DNA from: a virus | Taxonomy: Duplodnaviria > Caudoviricetes | DNA: 52,351 nucleotides | IMG/VR virus record: IMGVR_UViG_3300045733_000243 | Span: 1 to 52,351 of that record | Strand: one strand, 5' to 3' | Shown here: positions 28,463 to 37,800 of the stretch, one piece after another | Numbering within the stretch: position 1 is the first letter of the stretch | Layout of the letters: each line of letters begins with the position of its first letter | Made by a program: the position numbers and the translations under genes | Notes under the pieces: generated by a model | The model's input: the letters and a program-made list of their open reading frames with translations, nothing else | Databases searched by the model: none | What the model was told of the DNA's origin: nothing

Positions 28463-29794
28463 GTGGACAGAGCAATAGTATACGCGGGCGCATTGCCGCT
28501 CGATACAGACTTACTGCACACTCAGCGTTTCACAATGATTGCGCTGGGTAAACTAATGGAAGCTTTCATCGGCACAGACACGCTGATCGACGGCTTCACT
28601 TGCATTCCGACCGTTCCCGCGAGTCTTGTTGTTCAAGTCACTCCGGGATCGATAACCACTCTTGACGTGGTTGACGACAGTTCATTCGCATCATTGGCTC
28701 CCGACAGCACGCCCCTCATGAAGATGGGCATCTTGCTCGAAACGCTGATGTTCACGATCACGCCTCCAACAACGAGCGGCTATGCGCAGAATTACCTGAT
28801 CCAGATCGGGTTTTCTGAGGACAGCGACGTTCCGGTATTGCTGCCCTACTACAATCAGGCAGACCCGGAGCATCCGTTCGAAGGACCAGCCGACTCCGGC
28901 GTTGAGCAGGACACGCGGCGCGCGCAAAACGCCGTGGTCAACCTTAAACCCGGCATGGCGGCTCCGGCGGGGACGCAGACCACGCCCGGCGCGGACATCG
29001 GCTATGTTCCGGCGTTCTATGTGACAGTCGCTCAGGGCCAGACCACGATCACAAGCGCCGACATCCATACATGCGGAAATGCTCCGTTCATCCCGCTGAA
29101 GCTTCCCCAGGTCGCCACGGCGACACAGGGGAACGCCTGGAATTGGACGGGGATCGCTGGCGGCACGGCCAATGCCCTCACAGCGTCCATCGGCCCAACG
29201 ATTACGGCATATGGCTCGGGCGGAATGCGCATTGACGGGCTTGGAGCCTACGACAACACGGCGGCGGCAACGATCAACGTGTGCGGCGTCGGCGCGGTTG
29301 CCATCAAGAAATACGGCTCCTACGACCTCGATCCGGGCGACATCCTGGCCGGTGGCGTGTTCAACGTCGAATTCGACGGCTCGGTGTTTCAGCTGCTCAA
29401 CCCGGCAACCGAGAATAGCCGCATTGATTTGCTGGCAACTTCGGAACTCACCTTCGCAAAAGACAATGGCGGCGTGGTTCTTCCGACTGGCGTAATGGGC
29501 GAACTCAAAGTTGATATCGATTGCACTATTGTTGGCGTCTGGGTTCTCGCGGACCAAGTCGGTAGTTGCGTAATCGATATCTGGAAAGACACGTTCGCGA
29601 ACTTCCCGCCGACTATCGCGGACACTATCTGCGCATCCGCAAAACCCACAATCTCCAGTGACGCTAAGTGCTCAAACATAACACTGACCGGATGGACAAC
29701 ACACATCTCGGCTGGCGACGTGCTTCGGTTCAATCTTGACAGCGTTACCTCGATTTCCCGCCTCTCGATCTCCATAAAAGTTGCACGTTACTAA
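28463..29794 (+). CDS. tail fibre/baseplate-attached protein
   Basis: MDR.IVY.G..PLDTDLL N-terminus and GTANALT...NT.AATINV.G.GA..I.K fibre module; GAGG SD. Confidence 0.75.
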   Translation: MDRAIVYAGALPLDTDLLHTQRFTMIALGKLMEAFIGTDTLIDGFTCIPTVPASLVVQVTPGSITTLDVVDDSSFASLAPDSTPLMKMGILLETLMFTITPPTTSGYAQNYLIQIGFSEDSDVPVLLPYYNQADPEHPFEGPADSGVEQDTRRAQNAVVNLKPGMAAPAGTQTTPGADIGYVPAFYVTVAQGQTTITSADIHTCGNAPFIPLKLPQVATATQGNAWNWTGIAGGTANALTASIGPTITAYGSGGMRIDGLGAYDNTAAATINVCGVGAVAIKKYGSYDLDPGDILAGGVFNVEFDGSVFQLLNPATENSRIDLLATSELTFAKDNGGVVLPTGVMGELKVDIDCTIVGVWVLADQVGSCVIDIWKDTFANFPPTIADTICASAKPTISSDAKCSNITLTGWTTHISAGDVLRFNLDSVTSISRLSISIKVARY

Positions 29795-29812
29795 CGGACA
29801 GGCTCTATAACC

Positions 29813-32029
29813 ATGGCTCAAATCAAGGTATTCATTACCGCCGCTGGTGCGAGTACATGGGTAGTCCCCAGCGATTGCATGTCTGCACAGGTTGAGGCGC
29901 TCGGGGCGGGCGGGAATGGGCGCCCGTTTGGGTTTGCCTCCCCTTCTGCCGGTGGAGGTGGAGGCGGGGCCTATGCCCGGACCGCTTATCTCGAACTCAC
30001 GCCTGGAAGCACAGTTTATGTGAACGTCGGGACGTCAACCGGCGATAGCTGGCTGAACAAGTCGGCGAACGCAGCGCCCACGCTGACAACTCAGGGCTGT
30101 CTCGCCAAGGGAGGCAAGACGGCCACGAGCAATGCGGGGGCTGCGGGCGGCGCATCATCGGCGTGCATAGGCGACATCGTCTATTCAGGCGGCAACGGCG
30201 GAACCGACACCAGCGATGGCGGCGGCGGCGGAGGCGGCGCGGCGGGACCATCCGGGGCGGGCCGCGATGGCGGGAATGGCTCGGGGCCATCGTCCGGCCG
30301 TCAGCATGGAGGCGGCGGAGGCGGCGCAAACGGCGGCCTTGCCACAAATGGAAGCGCCGGGTCCACATATGGCGGCAACGGCGGTTCAGGAAGTGGCGGG
30401 ACGGGCGGCGGCGTGGGCGACCAAGGATCTGGGGTCGGCGGCAATGGAACTTTAGGTGGCGGAGGGGGCGGAGGCTACAACACGCCCAATTCGCTCGGCG
30501 GGAACGGTGGCTCCGACACGGCCTTTGACGCGAGTCATGGTTGCGGCGGCGGTGGTGGTGGCGGCGGCTTTGAAACCACCACGACTTCTTACGGTGGTGA
30601 AGGCGGCATTTACGGCGGTGGCGGCGCGGGCGGCGGCGACGGAACCAGGGGTAAGGGCGCCCAAGGCATCGTTGTCATCACATATCAATCGAACTATGTG
30701 CGTTCGCGCCCTGCGAAAACCATCGTCCTTGATGGCGTTGGCTTTGCGCAATGGACTGTGCCGTCTGACTGGTCATCGCCCGACAGCTATGTCGAAGTCA
30801 TCGGCGGCGGGGCCATGGGTGGCGGGGGTAACAAAGCCTCACTCACGGCGTTGTGGCTGAACTTCTTCTGGGGCGTCACTGGCTTCCCGTGGTCTGGCCT
30901 CTCGGGAAAGACCATTCCCGGCGCGGGCGGCGGCGGCGGCGGCGGATACAGCCGGACCAACACGCTCTCGCTCACGCCTGGCGGAACGATCAACTACGCC
31001 ATCGCGCCGGGCGGAACCGATAGCGTCAACGCATCAGGCGGAAACACTTGGTTCGGCGGCTCCAGCTATTCGACGGCATTGGCGGCGGCTGAAGGTGGGT
31101 TTCCTCCGCCTCCGATAAGACCTGCAACGCAAAAGCTCCCGGTAAATATGCTGGCGGGCGCCGCGAACTGCTTTGGCGGCATGGGCGGCAGCGCTGGCAG
31201 CGGTATCGGGGATATCCGTTATTCAGGCGGCAACGGCGGAATTGACCTGTGGCCACATCCGCAATCTGTGGGTGGCTCGGGCGGCGGCGGCGCGGCCGGG
31301 CCTCTCGGCGATGGATCAAGCGGCGGCTCCCTGCCTTCGGACCCATGCGGCGCAAGCGCGGGATCGGGCGGCGGCGGGGCCAACAGCGGCCAAAGCGGAA
31401 GCGCACCTGCATATGCGGCGTCCGGAGGCTGGACGTTCCCAGTGGGTGGCGTGGGTGGCGGCGGTCGCCTCGGCGGCGGCGGCGGAACCACGAACGGCGG
31501 AACTGGCTCAAACGGCGGCGGAGGTGGAGGCGGAAGCTACCGCACCACGGGTAGTGCTGGCGGGGCAGGAGGCGGCGATAGTTCGTTCATCGACACCACG
31601 AGCGGCCGGATTTATGGCTGTGGTGGAGGCGGCGGCGGCGGTTCTGGCGCCACGACGGGCAACTACGGAGGCAACGGCGGAGACGGCGGGCTCTACGGAG
31701 CTGGCGGCGGAGCTGCGGGCGCTGGCTACCAATGCAACGACATCTATCCGTTTGGCGTCGGTGGACGTGGGGCTCAAGGGCTCATCGTGATCACCTATCA
31801 GCCGGATTTAAAAACACCATGGACTGTCGGCGGGGCCGCTACGCTCGGATCGGGCGGGATCGACGTCACCAGCCAAATGGCCAATGCATGGGCGGCGGGC
31901 GGAAACGTCAGCATCAACCTGTCGTGCATCGGCGTTATCGTCAATACGTGGTCGGCTTTGACGAGCGGCGGAAGCTGTTCGGTCAGCGCAATCCATCATA
32001 CGAGATCGGTGTCTACCAATGTTCTCTGA
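29813..32029 (+). CDS. glycine-rich virion/fibre protein (two glycine-rich domains)
   Basis: Two W.VP...VE..GGG...G.GAQG.IVITY units paralogous to those in 24535-27576. Confidence 0.8.
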   Translation: MAQIKVFITAAGASTWVVPSDCMSAQVEALGAGGNGRPFGFASPSAGGGGGGAYARTAYLELTPGSTVYVNVGTSTGDSWLNKSANAAPTLTTQGCLAKGGKTATSNAGAAGGASSACIGDIVYSGGNGGTDTSDGGGGGGGAAGPSGAGRDGGNGSGPSSGRQHGGGGGGANGGLATNGSAGSTYGGNGGSGSGGTGGGVGDQGSGVGGNGTLGGGGGGGYNTPNSLGGNGGSDTAFDASHGCGGGGGGGGFETTTTSYGGEGGIYGGGGAGGGDGTRGKGAQGIVVITYQSNYVRSRPAKTIVLDGVGFAQWTVPSDWSSPDSYVEVIGGGAMGGGGNKASLTALWLNFFWGVTGFPWSGLSGKTIPGAGGGGGGGYSRTNTLSLTPGGTINYAIAPGGTDSVNASGGNTWFGGSSYSTALAAAEGGFPPPPIRPATQKLPVNMLAGAANCFGGMGGSAGSGIGDIRYSGGNGGIDLWPHPQSVGGSGGGGAAGPLGDGSSGGSLPSDPCGASAGSGGGGANSGQSGSAPAYAASGGWTFPVGGVGGGGRLGGGGGTTNGGTGSNGGGGGGGSYRTTGSAGGAGGGDSSFIDTTSGRIYGCGGGGGGGSGATTGNYGGNGGDGGLYGAGGGAAGAGYQCNDIYPFGVGGRGAQGLIVITYQPDLKTPWTVGGAATLGSGGIDVTSQMANAWAAGGNVSINLSCIGVIVNTWSALTSGGSCSVSAIHHTRSVSTNVL

Positions 32030-32270
32030 TAAAATGCGAGCTGAAGTCCGCGCGTACATCGTGCGGAACTTCCTCGTTGGGGGAAACGACGAGTTCAACG
32101 ATGAAACATCTCTCGTGGATAACGGTATCGTTGACTCCACGGGGGCGCTGGAGATTGTTGAGTTTCTGGAGAAATCGTTCGGTGTGAGGGTTGAGGATTG
32201 CGAGATTACGCCGGATAATCTGGATAGTGTGGTGAGGATTTGTGAACTGGTGGGGCGGAAGTTGGCGTGA
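32019..32270 (+). CDS. acyl carrier protein (phosphopantetheine attachment site)
   Basis: 83 aa, acidic, SLVDNGIVDSTGALEIVEFLEKSFGVRVEDCEITPDNLDSV with the conserved DS serine. Confidence 0.9.
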   Translation: MFSDKMRAEVRAYIVRNFLVGGNDEFNDETSLVDNGIVDSTGALEIVEFLEKSFGVRVEDCEITPDNLDSVVRICELVGRKLA

Positions 32271-32274
32271 TGCG

Positions 32275-32312
32275 AAAAACGGCCGCCTGAGCGTGAACTC
32301 GGCGGCCGTTTT
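32275..32312. terminator. bidirectional terminator between convergent genes
   Basis: AAAAACGGCCGCC...GGCGGCCGTTTT. Confidence 0.8.
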
Positions 32313-32330
32313 GCGTATTGGTGTGGCGCA

Positions 32331-32786
32331 TTAGTTCTTCGCGTCTCGGATATGCTTGCGCCGGTTGGCGTCAGCGCCCCATACGAAGCACACGCGTCCG
32401 GTAATCGCCACTAAAGCCACGTCAGACAGCTTCCCACACATGGCGTCCGCCTCGTCGCGGCTCTTGAACGGGCCAGCCATCACCCGCATCCACTTGCCGC
32501 GACGTGTCCCATCCAGATCAGAGTTGGTGGCAAACACCAGCGATCCGCCGAGTTGCTTCGCGAATTTCGCCCGGATCTCGACGACCGCCCGGCTGGCACG
32601 CCCCGCGTCCTTGTACGCGCCGACCTGGACGAAATACCCGGCCAACGCTGGATCTTGTGCGGCCTTCTGGCTGGCCTTGGCCACATGATGTTGAGGCGCA
32701 TACTCAGGCGCTCCCGCCATTGCATCGGTAGTCGCAACAATAACAAACGCCAACGCAATCGCAGCTGTCGCAAGTTTGTGGTTCAT
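32331..32786 (-). CDS. exported SPOR-domain protein
   Basis: Signal peptide (AMA), YFVQVGAY...A...WMRVMAGPFKSRDEADAMCGKL SPOR signature. Confidence 0.88.
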   Translation of the reverse strand: MNHKLATAAIALAFVIVATTDAMAGAPEYAPQHHVAKASQKAAQDPALAGYFVQVGAYKDAGRASRAVVEIRAKFAKQLGGSLVFATNSDLDGTRRGKWMRVMAGPFKSRDEADAMCGKLSDVALVAITGRVCFVWGADANRRKHIRDAKN

Positions 32787-32803
32787 GTCGCTCAGTCCTT
32801 CTG

Positions 32804-33508
32804 TTAAAATGACGCCCTATAGCGCCGGTTATTTCCGTGACCTTGCTGTGGTCCGCTCATGCAGTCGCCATCCGACACTTCCCGACCGCGCGGCAAGCCA
32901 TCAAGAAAACATGCATCATCTTGCTGCTGTGGCTCAGGAGGCGCTCGCCGGTGTCTGGATCGCGTCGCAGCAACCTGTTGAGGCTCGGGCGCTGATGCCG
33001 GGGCGTCGGCTGCGCGATACCCCGAGCGGCACGGGCCGCGATAAAAAACGTGGTGCCTAAAGCGGGTGGTCTGCCGATATTGGTGCGCCCAACTCGGGTC
33101 GCGTCGTCCAAAACCCGCCTGTGCGCTGGGCGACCAGAAGTGCGTCGCCCCTCCTGTTGGGTCGCTCTGCTTGCCGGACCAAATCGCATCCGCTAGCCGC
33201 AGCGCGGTCTGATAGCTCTGATTGCTCGGCGATAGGGCCATGATCGCGCCTCGCTTCGTGCACCATGGCTCGAACGCGCATGTATTTCCGCGCCGGTGGG
33301 TGACCACGCTCCGGGCTGTTTCCCCGTATCCGCACTTCATCCTGTTGTAGATGGCCCACAGGACAAATCTAATTCCATCTTTTCCATCGATTTTTGCTTC
33401 ATATACGGCAGTCTTCGCGGCATATTCTCGGTCTGACATAACTGCCTGCACTTGCGTCGGGCATGCGGCTACAATCGCCGCGAACACCGCGAGTCGGGAA
33501 ATACGCAT
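32804..33508 (-). CDS. exported cell wall hydrolase, SleB/Hydrolase_2 family
   Basis: Signal peptide (VQA), YEA catalytic motif, I.NR, C.F..WC, DPTGGATHF...PSWA...HVFY. Confidence 0.88.
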   Translation of the reverse strand: MRISRLAVFAAIVAACPTQVQAVMSDREYAAKTAVYEAKIDGKDGIRFVLWAIYNRMKCGYGETARSVVTHRRGNTCAFEPWCTKRGAIMALSPSNQSYQTALRLADAIWSGKQSDPTGGATHFWSPSAQAGFGRRDPSWAHQYRQTTRFRHHVFYRGPCRSGYRAADAPASAPEPQQVAATRSRHRRAPPEPQQQDDACFLDGLPRGREVSDGDCMSGPQQGHGNNRRYRASF

Positions 33509-33542
33509 GACAAAACCTGATGTTGGGGAATTGGTTCGGAGG

Positions 33543-33833
33543 TTAGGCGGCTTTACGCGCAGGAAGGACGGCCCAAGTCTCGGCGTCGTCCGGCTCAACG
33601 CCGTAGCGCTCGGCGAACTCCAGGCGAACGGCTTCCTCAATCTCCCAGCGCTCGGCTTTGAGGACGATCCAGACTTTGTGCTTGGTGTTGCTGGCGCTCC
33701 AGGCAATCCCGCCGCGAATGTCGAATGCCTCGGTGGATGCCGAAGTTTTGGGTGGAATGTGATGGACTTCCATGGCGTTATCCTTGGTGGCGTCTGCGGG
33801 TATGGTGTGAGCGAGGTTCATCGGGGTCTCCAT
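33543..33833 (-). CDS. hypothetical protein
   Basis: Coupled by TGATG overlap to the upstream gene. Confidence 0.55.
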   Translation of the reverse strand: METPMNLAHTIPADATKDNAMEVHHIPPKTSASTEAFDIRGGIAWSASNTKHKVWIVLKAERWEIEEAVRLEFAERYGVEPDDAETWAVLPARKAA

Positions 33834-34162
33834 CAGGCAGCGAGTTTCATGGCTTCAGCGGCGGGCGCCACCTTCGCCCGGAGAGCTGCGATCTGCGCAA
33901 ACAGCTCGCTGCGATTTTCGCCGGTGCGCTGGTTGAGGATCGTCGCATCGTAGCGCGCGTCAAGGTGGGCGAGCATGTTGGCGTCGTTGAGCCAGAGCCA
34001 AGCCTGCGTCTCGCCGGTGCGGGCCTCGGACCAAGCCATCTTCAGCCACTTAGCGGTCATGCGAACCTTCACATTGGCGGACTTACGGTTCATGCGGGCA
34101 AGCTCCCAGGCGCGGCGCATAACGTCGGAGCGGGAGACCGTGTTGTTGAAAAGCTTGCCCAT
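33833..34162 (-). CDS. hypothetical phage protein
   Basis: SDVMRRAW...LKMAWSEAR motif common in small phage proteins; AGGGG SD. Confidence 0.65.
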   Translation of the reverse strand: MGKLFNNTVSRSDVMRRAWELARMNRKSANVKVRMTAKWLKMAWSEARTGETQAWLWLNDANMLAHLDARYDATILNQRTGENRSELFAQIAALRAKVAPAAEAMKLAA

Positions 34163-34352
34163 TTTGCTGCCCCTGTGGTTTGTTGCTGCGCCGTCCTTGA
34201 GACAAGTGATACCCGCTCCAGCCGGGTATGTCAAACGCAAAGTGCAGCAAAATCAGATATTTATATCCAGTGCAATGTAATTCTTGCTGCTGCTCGATTC
34301 CTTCGCTGCACGGGGGCTTGCATTTGTGTTGCGCTGGTGTTAACCACGCCTG

Positions 34353-34646
34353 ATGAAAGAACCAACTCCCACACAGAAGAAAGTCACAGCGCTGATGGCG
34401 CGCTACGACGTTTCGCGCGCCACCTTCGCCGCAATGCTTGGCGTCGATGACACGACGGTTGATGCCTGGGTTGACGGCAAGCGCGAGTTGTTCGGGCTAT
34501 CATTGATCGTGATCGACATGCTGACCGACTGCCCGCCAGACCATGAGTTTTGGCTGGCGGAGCGGCATAAGCAGATGTATGGCGTGGCGCCCAAGAAAAA
34601 GGGTTATCAGCGGGGGGGCAGGAAGCGGAAGGCTGTGGTGGATTGA
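34353..34646 (+). CDS. HTH (XRE-like) DNA-binding protein
   Basis: SRATFAAMLGVDDTTVDAWVDGKR helix-turn-helix. Confidence 0.75.
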   Translation: MKEPTPTQKKVTALMARYDVSRATFAAMLGVDDTTVDAWVDGKRELFGLSLIVIDMLTDCPPDHEFWLAERHKQMYGVAPKKKGYQRGGRKRKAVVD

Positions 34647-34663
34647 GATGGGTGGGGCCGCTC

Positions 34664-36352
34664 CTAAAACCCTGCACATCTCTGCTCATCCCTGAGTAAA
34701 GTTGCGCATGGACGTCCACCGAGCAGTTTTGTGGACGGTTCGCGTGACGGGATCGCACCGTCATGCGTCCGTGGCGGAAACGTCGGGTTCGCAAGGAACG
34801 CGGCGTCTTCCTCCAGAGACCTGTCCCAAGCCGGGGCGGCTTGCGCCGTCCTCGCCTGGGAAGGTCCAGCAGCCTTGCGGCGGCCGGTCGGACGCAGCCC
34901 TTTGAGGGCCGCTTTCCAGGCGCCCATCGCTCTCGCCCATTGGTCCCGCACATGCCTACGGCCGATCCTTGCAGGTCGGGCGAGGGTGACACGGGACTGG
35001 TTGCGCTTCCTGGTGGCGGGGATGTCCCCGGCCGGGAGCGCAAGCGAGAGCGGCAGACGCTCGGAATAATTCATTGCGCGCCTGCCGATAACGACGGCGG
35101 CTGCGTGATGCACGGAAAGGCCGTAGCGCACCATGAAGCGGGCGCGACCTTGGAATGAGGTGTAAGCCGGATCAACGGCAAGCACGGCGACGCCTTCGCG
35201 AGCTGCGCGGCGCTCCAGCATCGTGCGGAAGCCGTTGAAGGCGAAGGCCGAAAGCATGCGCGCCATACGCGGCCGTGCTTCCTCGCGCAGACGGGTTTTC
35301 TTCGCCTCGAAGTCCAGATCCTCGATCACGATAGGCACGCCCCGGCGCTTGGCCAGCGCGACCAGCCGGGCAGCGGCGTTGCCGATGGACGCCTCAACCT
35401 GATCCGTGCGGCGATGCTGCGTCAGCATCGGGACCGTGAACCGGCCTTTGGGATTGCCGTGGGCGTCAAGAAACGCGGCGGCGAGGAAACCGGCGTTCAT
35501 GTCCACCGCGAGACATCCGCGCGCAAAGTCCGGCGCAGCGTCGGGGAGTTCCTGAAAGAGGCTGACGAACACGCGCCAGCCCTTGGCGTCGCGGACAAAG
35601 CGCCAGGACAGCGCTTCGCCTTGGTCCGTGGCGTGCGCCTGGATCGCGGCCGTCACGACGTCGTGGCCGTAACCAAAGCGCACGGGGCCGAGTTCGATGT
35701 ATTTCTTGGAGCCAAGCTCGCGCCATACCGCGTCGGGCAGGCGCAGGCGCAGCATAACCACGCCGTCGGCGGTCAACGTCGCGGTGCAAGTCTGGTTGCC
35801 GGACGCCTCGTCCTTGGAGCCGAGACAAAAGAACTGGCTGGCGCGCCGCTCGCGCCACACGCCTTGCCATTCGGCATGATCGGAGAAGCCGTTCTCTTCC
35901 AAATGATGCTGCGCGTTGAACAACTTGGCTGAGCCGAAGCAGAGCGCGGGAGCTGGGCGCTTTATCTCTGCGCGGATTGCGGTCTGCCGGTCACGCAAAA
36001 TGCCGAGGCGGCGCTTTTTCTGATGCAGCTTCGCGGCGGACGCTTTGCGCTTCTCCAGTTTACGGATGGTCTTGAGCGTCACCTTGATGCGGGCGTCCAG
36101 CTCACGCAACCGAAGCTTGCCGATTTCCTTCAGGCTCGACGCCTTGCCCTTCGCCGCAACCGCCAGCGCGTTGAACTGGCGAGCCGTGATCCCAAACCGG
36201 CGCAAGAATTCGCTCTTGCAGTCGTTGGGTTTACGGCCTTTCGCCATCTCAGCCCACAAGCAGCGCTCCGCACGAGAAAGCAGAGCCGCAGTCGCGTCAA
36301 GAGCAGGATGGCCGTCAATTCGAGCTTGGAAGGTGCTGGCTTGATTGATCAT
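34664..36352 (-). CDS. tnpB: long TnpB-related RuvC protein (562 aa)
   Basis: RuvC-I LAVDMN and RuvC-II IVIEDL; RuvC-III region reads HHAAAVVIGRRA; no CxxC zinc finger. Confidence 0.88.
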   Translation of the reverse strand: MINQASTFQARIDGHPALDATAALLSRAERCLWAEMAKGRKPNDCKSEFLRRFGITARQFNALAVAAKGKASSLKEIGKLRLRELDARIKVTLKTIRKLEKRKASAAKLHQKKRRLGILRDRQTAIRAEIKRPAPALCFGSAKLFNAQHHLEENGFSDHAEWQGVWRERRASQFFCLGSKDEASGNQTCTATLTADGVVMLRLRLPDAVWRELGSKKYIELGPVRFGYGHDVVTAAIQAHATDQGEALSWRFVRDAKGWRVFVSLFQELPDAAPDFARGCLAVDMNAGFLAAAFLDAHGNPKGRFTVPMLTQHRRTDQVEASIGNAAARLVALAKRRGVPIVIEDLDFEAKKTRLREEARPRMARMLSAFAFNGFRTMLERRAAREGVAVLAVDPAYTSFQGRARFMVRYGLSVHHAAAVVIGRRAMNYSERLPLSLALPAGDIPATRKRNQSRVTLARPARIGRRHVRDQWARAMGAWKAALKGLRPTGRRKAAGPSQARTAQAAPAWDRSLEEDAAFLANPTFPPRTHDGAIPSREPSTKLLGGRPCATLLRDEQRCAGF

Positions 36353-36978
36353 GACTCGCCAGCCTCTTCAACTGCACGCTTTACGCCTTCGAGAAGCTTC
36401 TTATTCTTCTTTGAGCGTGCACCGTAAAGTCTAGCGGAAAAAACTGTAATTATTTCAAGAACATCTGTGGCGAGGTCTTGTTCAAACGTGGTGTCTTCGC
36501 CCTTATTCAGGATGACAACCTCAACATTCCGAGCCTCGCAGATGGCGAACACTAACTCAGCGCCAAAGCGTAAGAGTCTATCCTTATGCGTCAAGACAAG
36601 TCGGCCAATGTTGTTGTCAATGATGTTTTCAATTAGGCGCTTTAAGCCCTTTTTATGATAGTTCATCCCCGAGCCGAGATCGGAGACGACTTCGAACGTC
36701 CAGCCTTGGGCGGCGCAATACGCCTCAAGAACCTGCTTCTGACGCTCTAAATCGGCTTTTTGATCGTGGCTTGACACGCGAGCATAGGCGATGGTCTTGC
36801 GCTCGGCATCGTCGGCGGCGCGGAACAACTCCGGGCGCAGCGCGGAAATATCATACCGCCGTTGTCCGCCCTTCGTGCGCTGGGGTATGAGTTTCCCTTC
36901 GCGCTCCCAACGGCGAAGCGTCTGAGGAGATACCCTCAGAGCTTCCGCCGCTTCGCTTATGGTCAATAACTTGTTCAT
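36349..36978 (-). CDS. tnpA: IS607 transposase (MerR-type HTH + serine recombinase)
   Basis: TLRRWEREGK...GGQRRY, YARVSS catalytic motif, DRLLRFG, FSARLYG. TTGACA-17-TACATA promoter just upstream. Confidence 0.96.
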   Translation of the reverse strand: MNKLLTISEAAEALRVSPQTLRRWEREGKLIPQRTKGGQRRYDISALRPELFRAADDAERKTIAYARVSSHDQKADLERQKQVLEAYCAAQGWTFEVVSDLGSGMNYHKKGLKRLIENIIDNNIGRLVLTHKDRLLRFGAELVFAICEARNVEVVILNKGEDTTFEQDLATDVLEIITVFSARLYGARSKKNKKLLEGVKRAVEEAGES

Positions 36979-37031
36979 GGCGTATATGTATGCGCAACTT
37001 TGAGCAATGTCAATGGATCAGTTACTGAACC

Positions 37032-37355
37032 CTTGAGCGAGCGGCAGAGAGCCATGAACCCAGGCTCAGTCATAAAAACGTGCGACGTTGACTCCCCTGT
37101 AGGCTTGGTTAAGTCATTGATTTTAAAGTCCCGAAAATTACGTGCTTTGAAATCATTGGACAAATCAAGGCCACGAATGGCTTGCAGCACGTGGTCGTGC
37201 CGCCTTTTCAACTTCTTCGCCACCTCCCGGCTATCAGCCAGCGGCTCCCCATCGTCTCCGCTGGATAGTTCGACGATAGGTGTGGAAACAGAGGGCAGGT
37301 TCGGCGTATGATCGTTAACCAAATTGGCGTTAGGCTTGCTGTTAGCCTGATGCAT
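37032..37355 (-). pseudogene. Rha-family regulator/antirepressor truncated by IS607
   Basis: DSREVAK...RHDHVLQAIR.L...F...NF...MTEPGF.AL; the frame runs into the IS left end at LKG. Confidence 0.8.
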
Positions 37356-37499
37356 GAGATTGTCCTCATGGTTGATGGTTAGGTCCGGTCCAGAGGTTGA
37401 GCCCTCTCGGCCGGGCTGCTGACTGTCGTCATTGACATCCGTGTTGCAATGTGTGCAAATGTTATCGCCCACAACGAACGCAACACGACGGAACACACA

Positions 37500-37694
37500 A
37501 TGACACAGCATAACGCACCAAGCAAGACCGTTGTCGTGCATATTCGCATTCCGAGCGAGACTAAAGACGTACTTGAGGGGCTTGCTGCGAAGGACCACCG
37601 CACGCTCACATCCATGGTTAACAAGATCATTGCGGAATATTTGGAGGTGGCTAACGCCGTGTCGGAAGGTGGCTCGAATGCATCTGGGGCGTAG
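37500..37694 (+). CDS. Arc-like ribbon-helix-helix protein
   Basis: VVHIRIPSETKDVLEGLAAKDHRTLTSMVNKIIAEYL; divergent from rha. Confidence 0.8.
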   Translation: MTQHNAPSKTVVVHIRIPSETKDVLEGLAAKDHRTLTSMVNKIIAEYLEVANAVSEGGSNASGA

Positions 37695-37732
37695 ATCAAG
37701 CAGCTATCGGGACTTCGTGGCCCACGCAGAAT

Positions 37733-37762
37733 AAAAGCCGCCCATCTCGGAGCGGCTTTTTT
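37733..37762. terminator. bidirectional terminator
   Basis: AAAAGCCGC...GCGGCTTTTTT between convergent genes. Confidence 0.75.
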
Positions 37763-37800
37763 GTTGCCTTGAGTATTGGTCTTCGCTTTAAGCCGCCATA

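Larger units (their letters stand above)
34658..37031 (-). mobile_element. IS607-family element (tnpA serine recombinase + long tnpB)
   Basis: Left end GG|TTCAGTAACTG and right end GGTTTTAGGAGCGG, both GG-bounded; tnpA and tnpB overlap by ATGA. Confidence 0.9.

Noticed and set aside
25900-31800. GGC-rich repeats as a non-coding repeat array or DGR target
   Set aside because: They are glycine codons in long ORFs. There is no reverse transcriptase and no adenine-specific TR/VR pair.
34353-34646. Antitoxin of a toxin-antitoxin pair
   Set aside because: No adjacent co-oriented toxin-like ORF was found.
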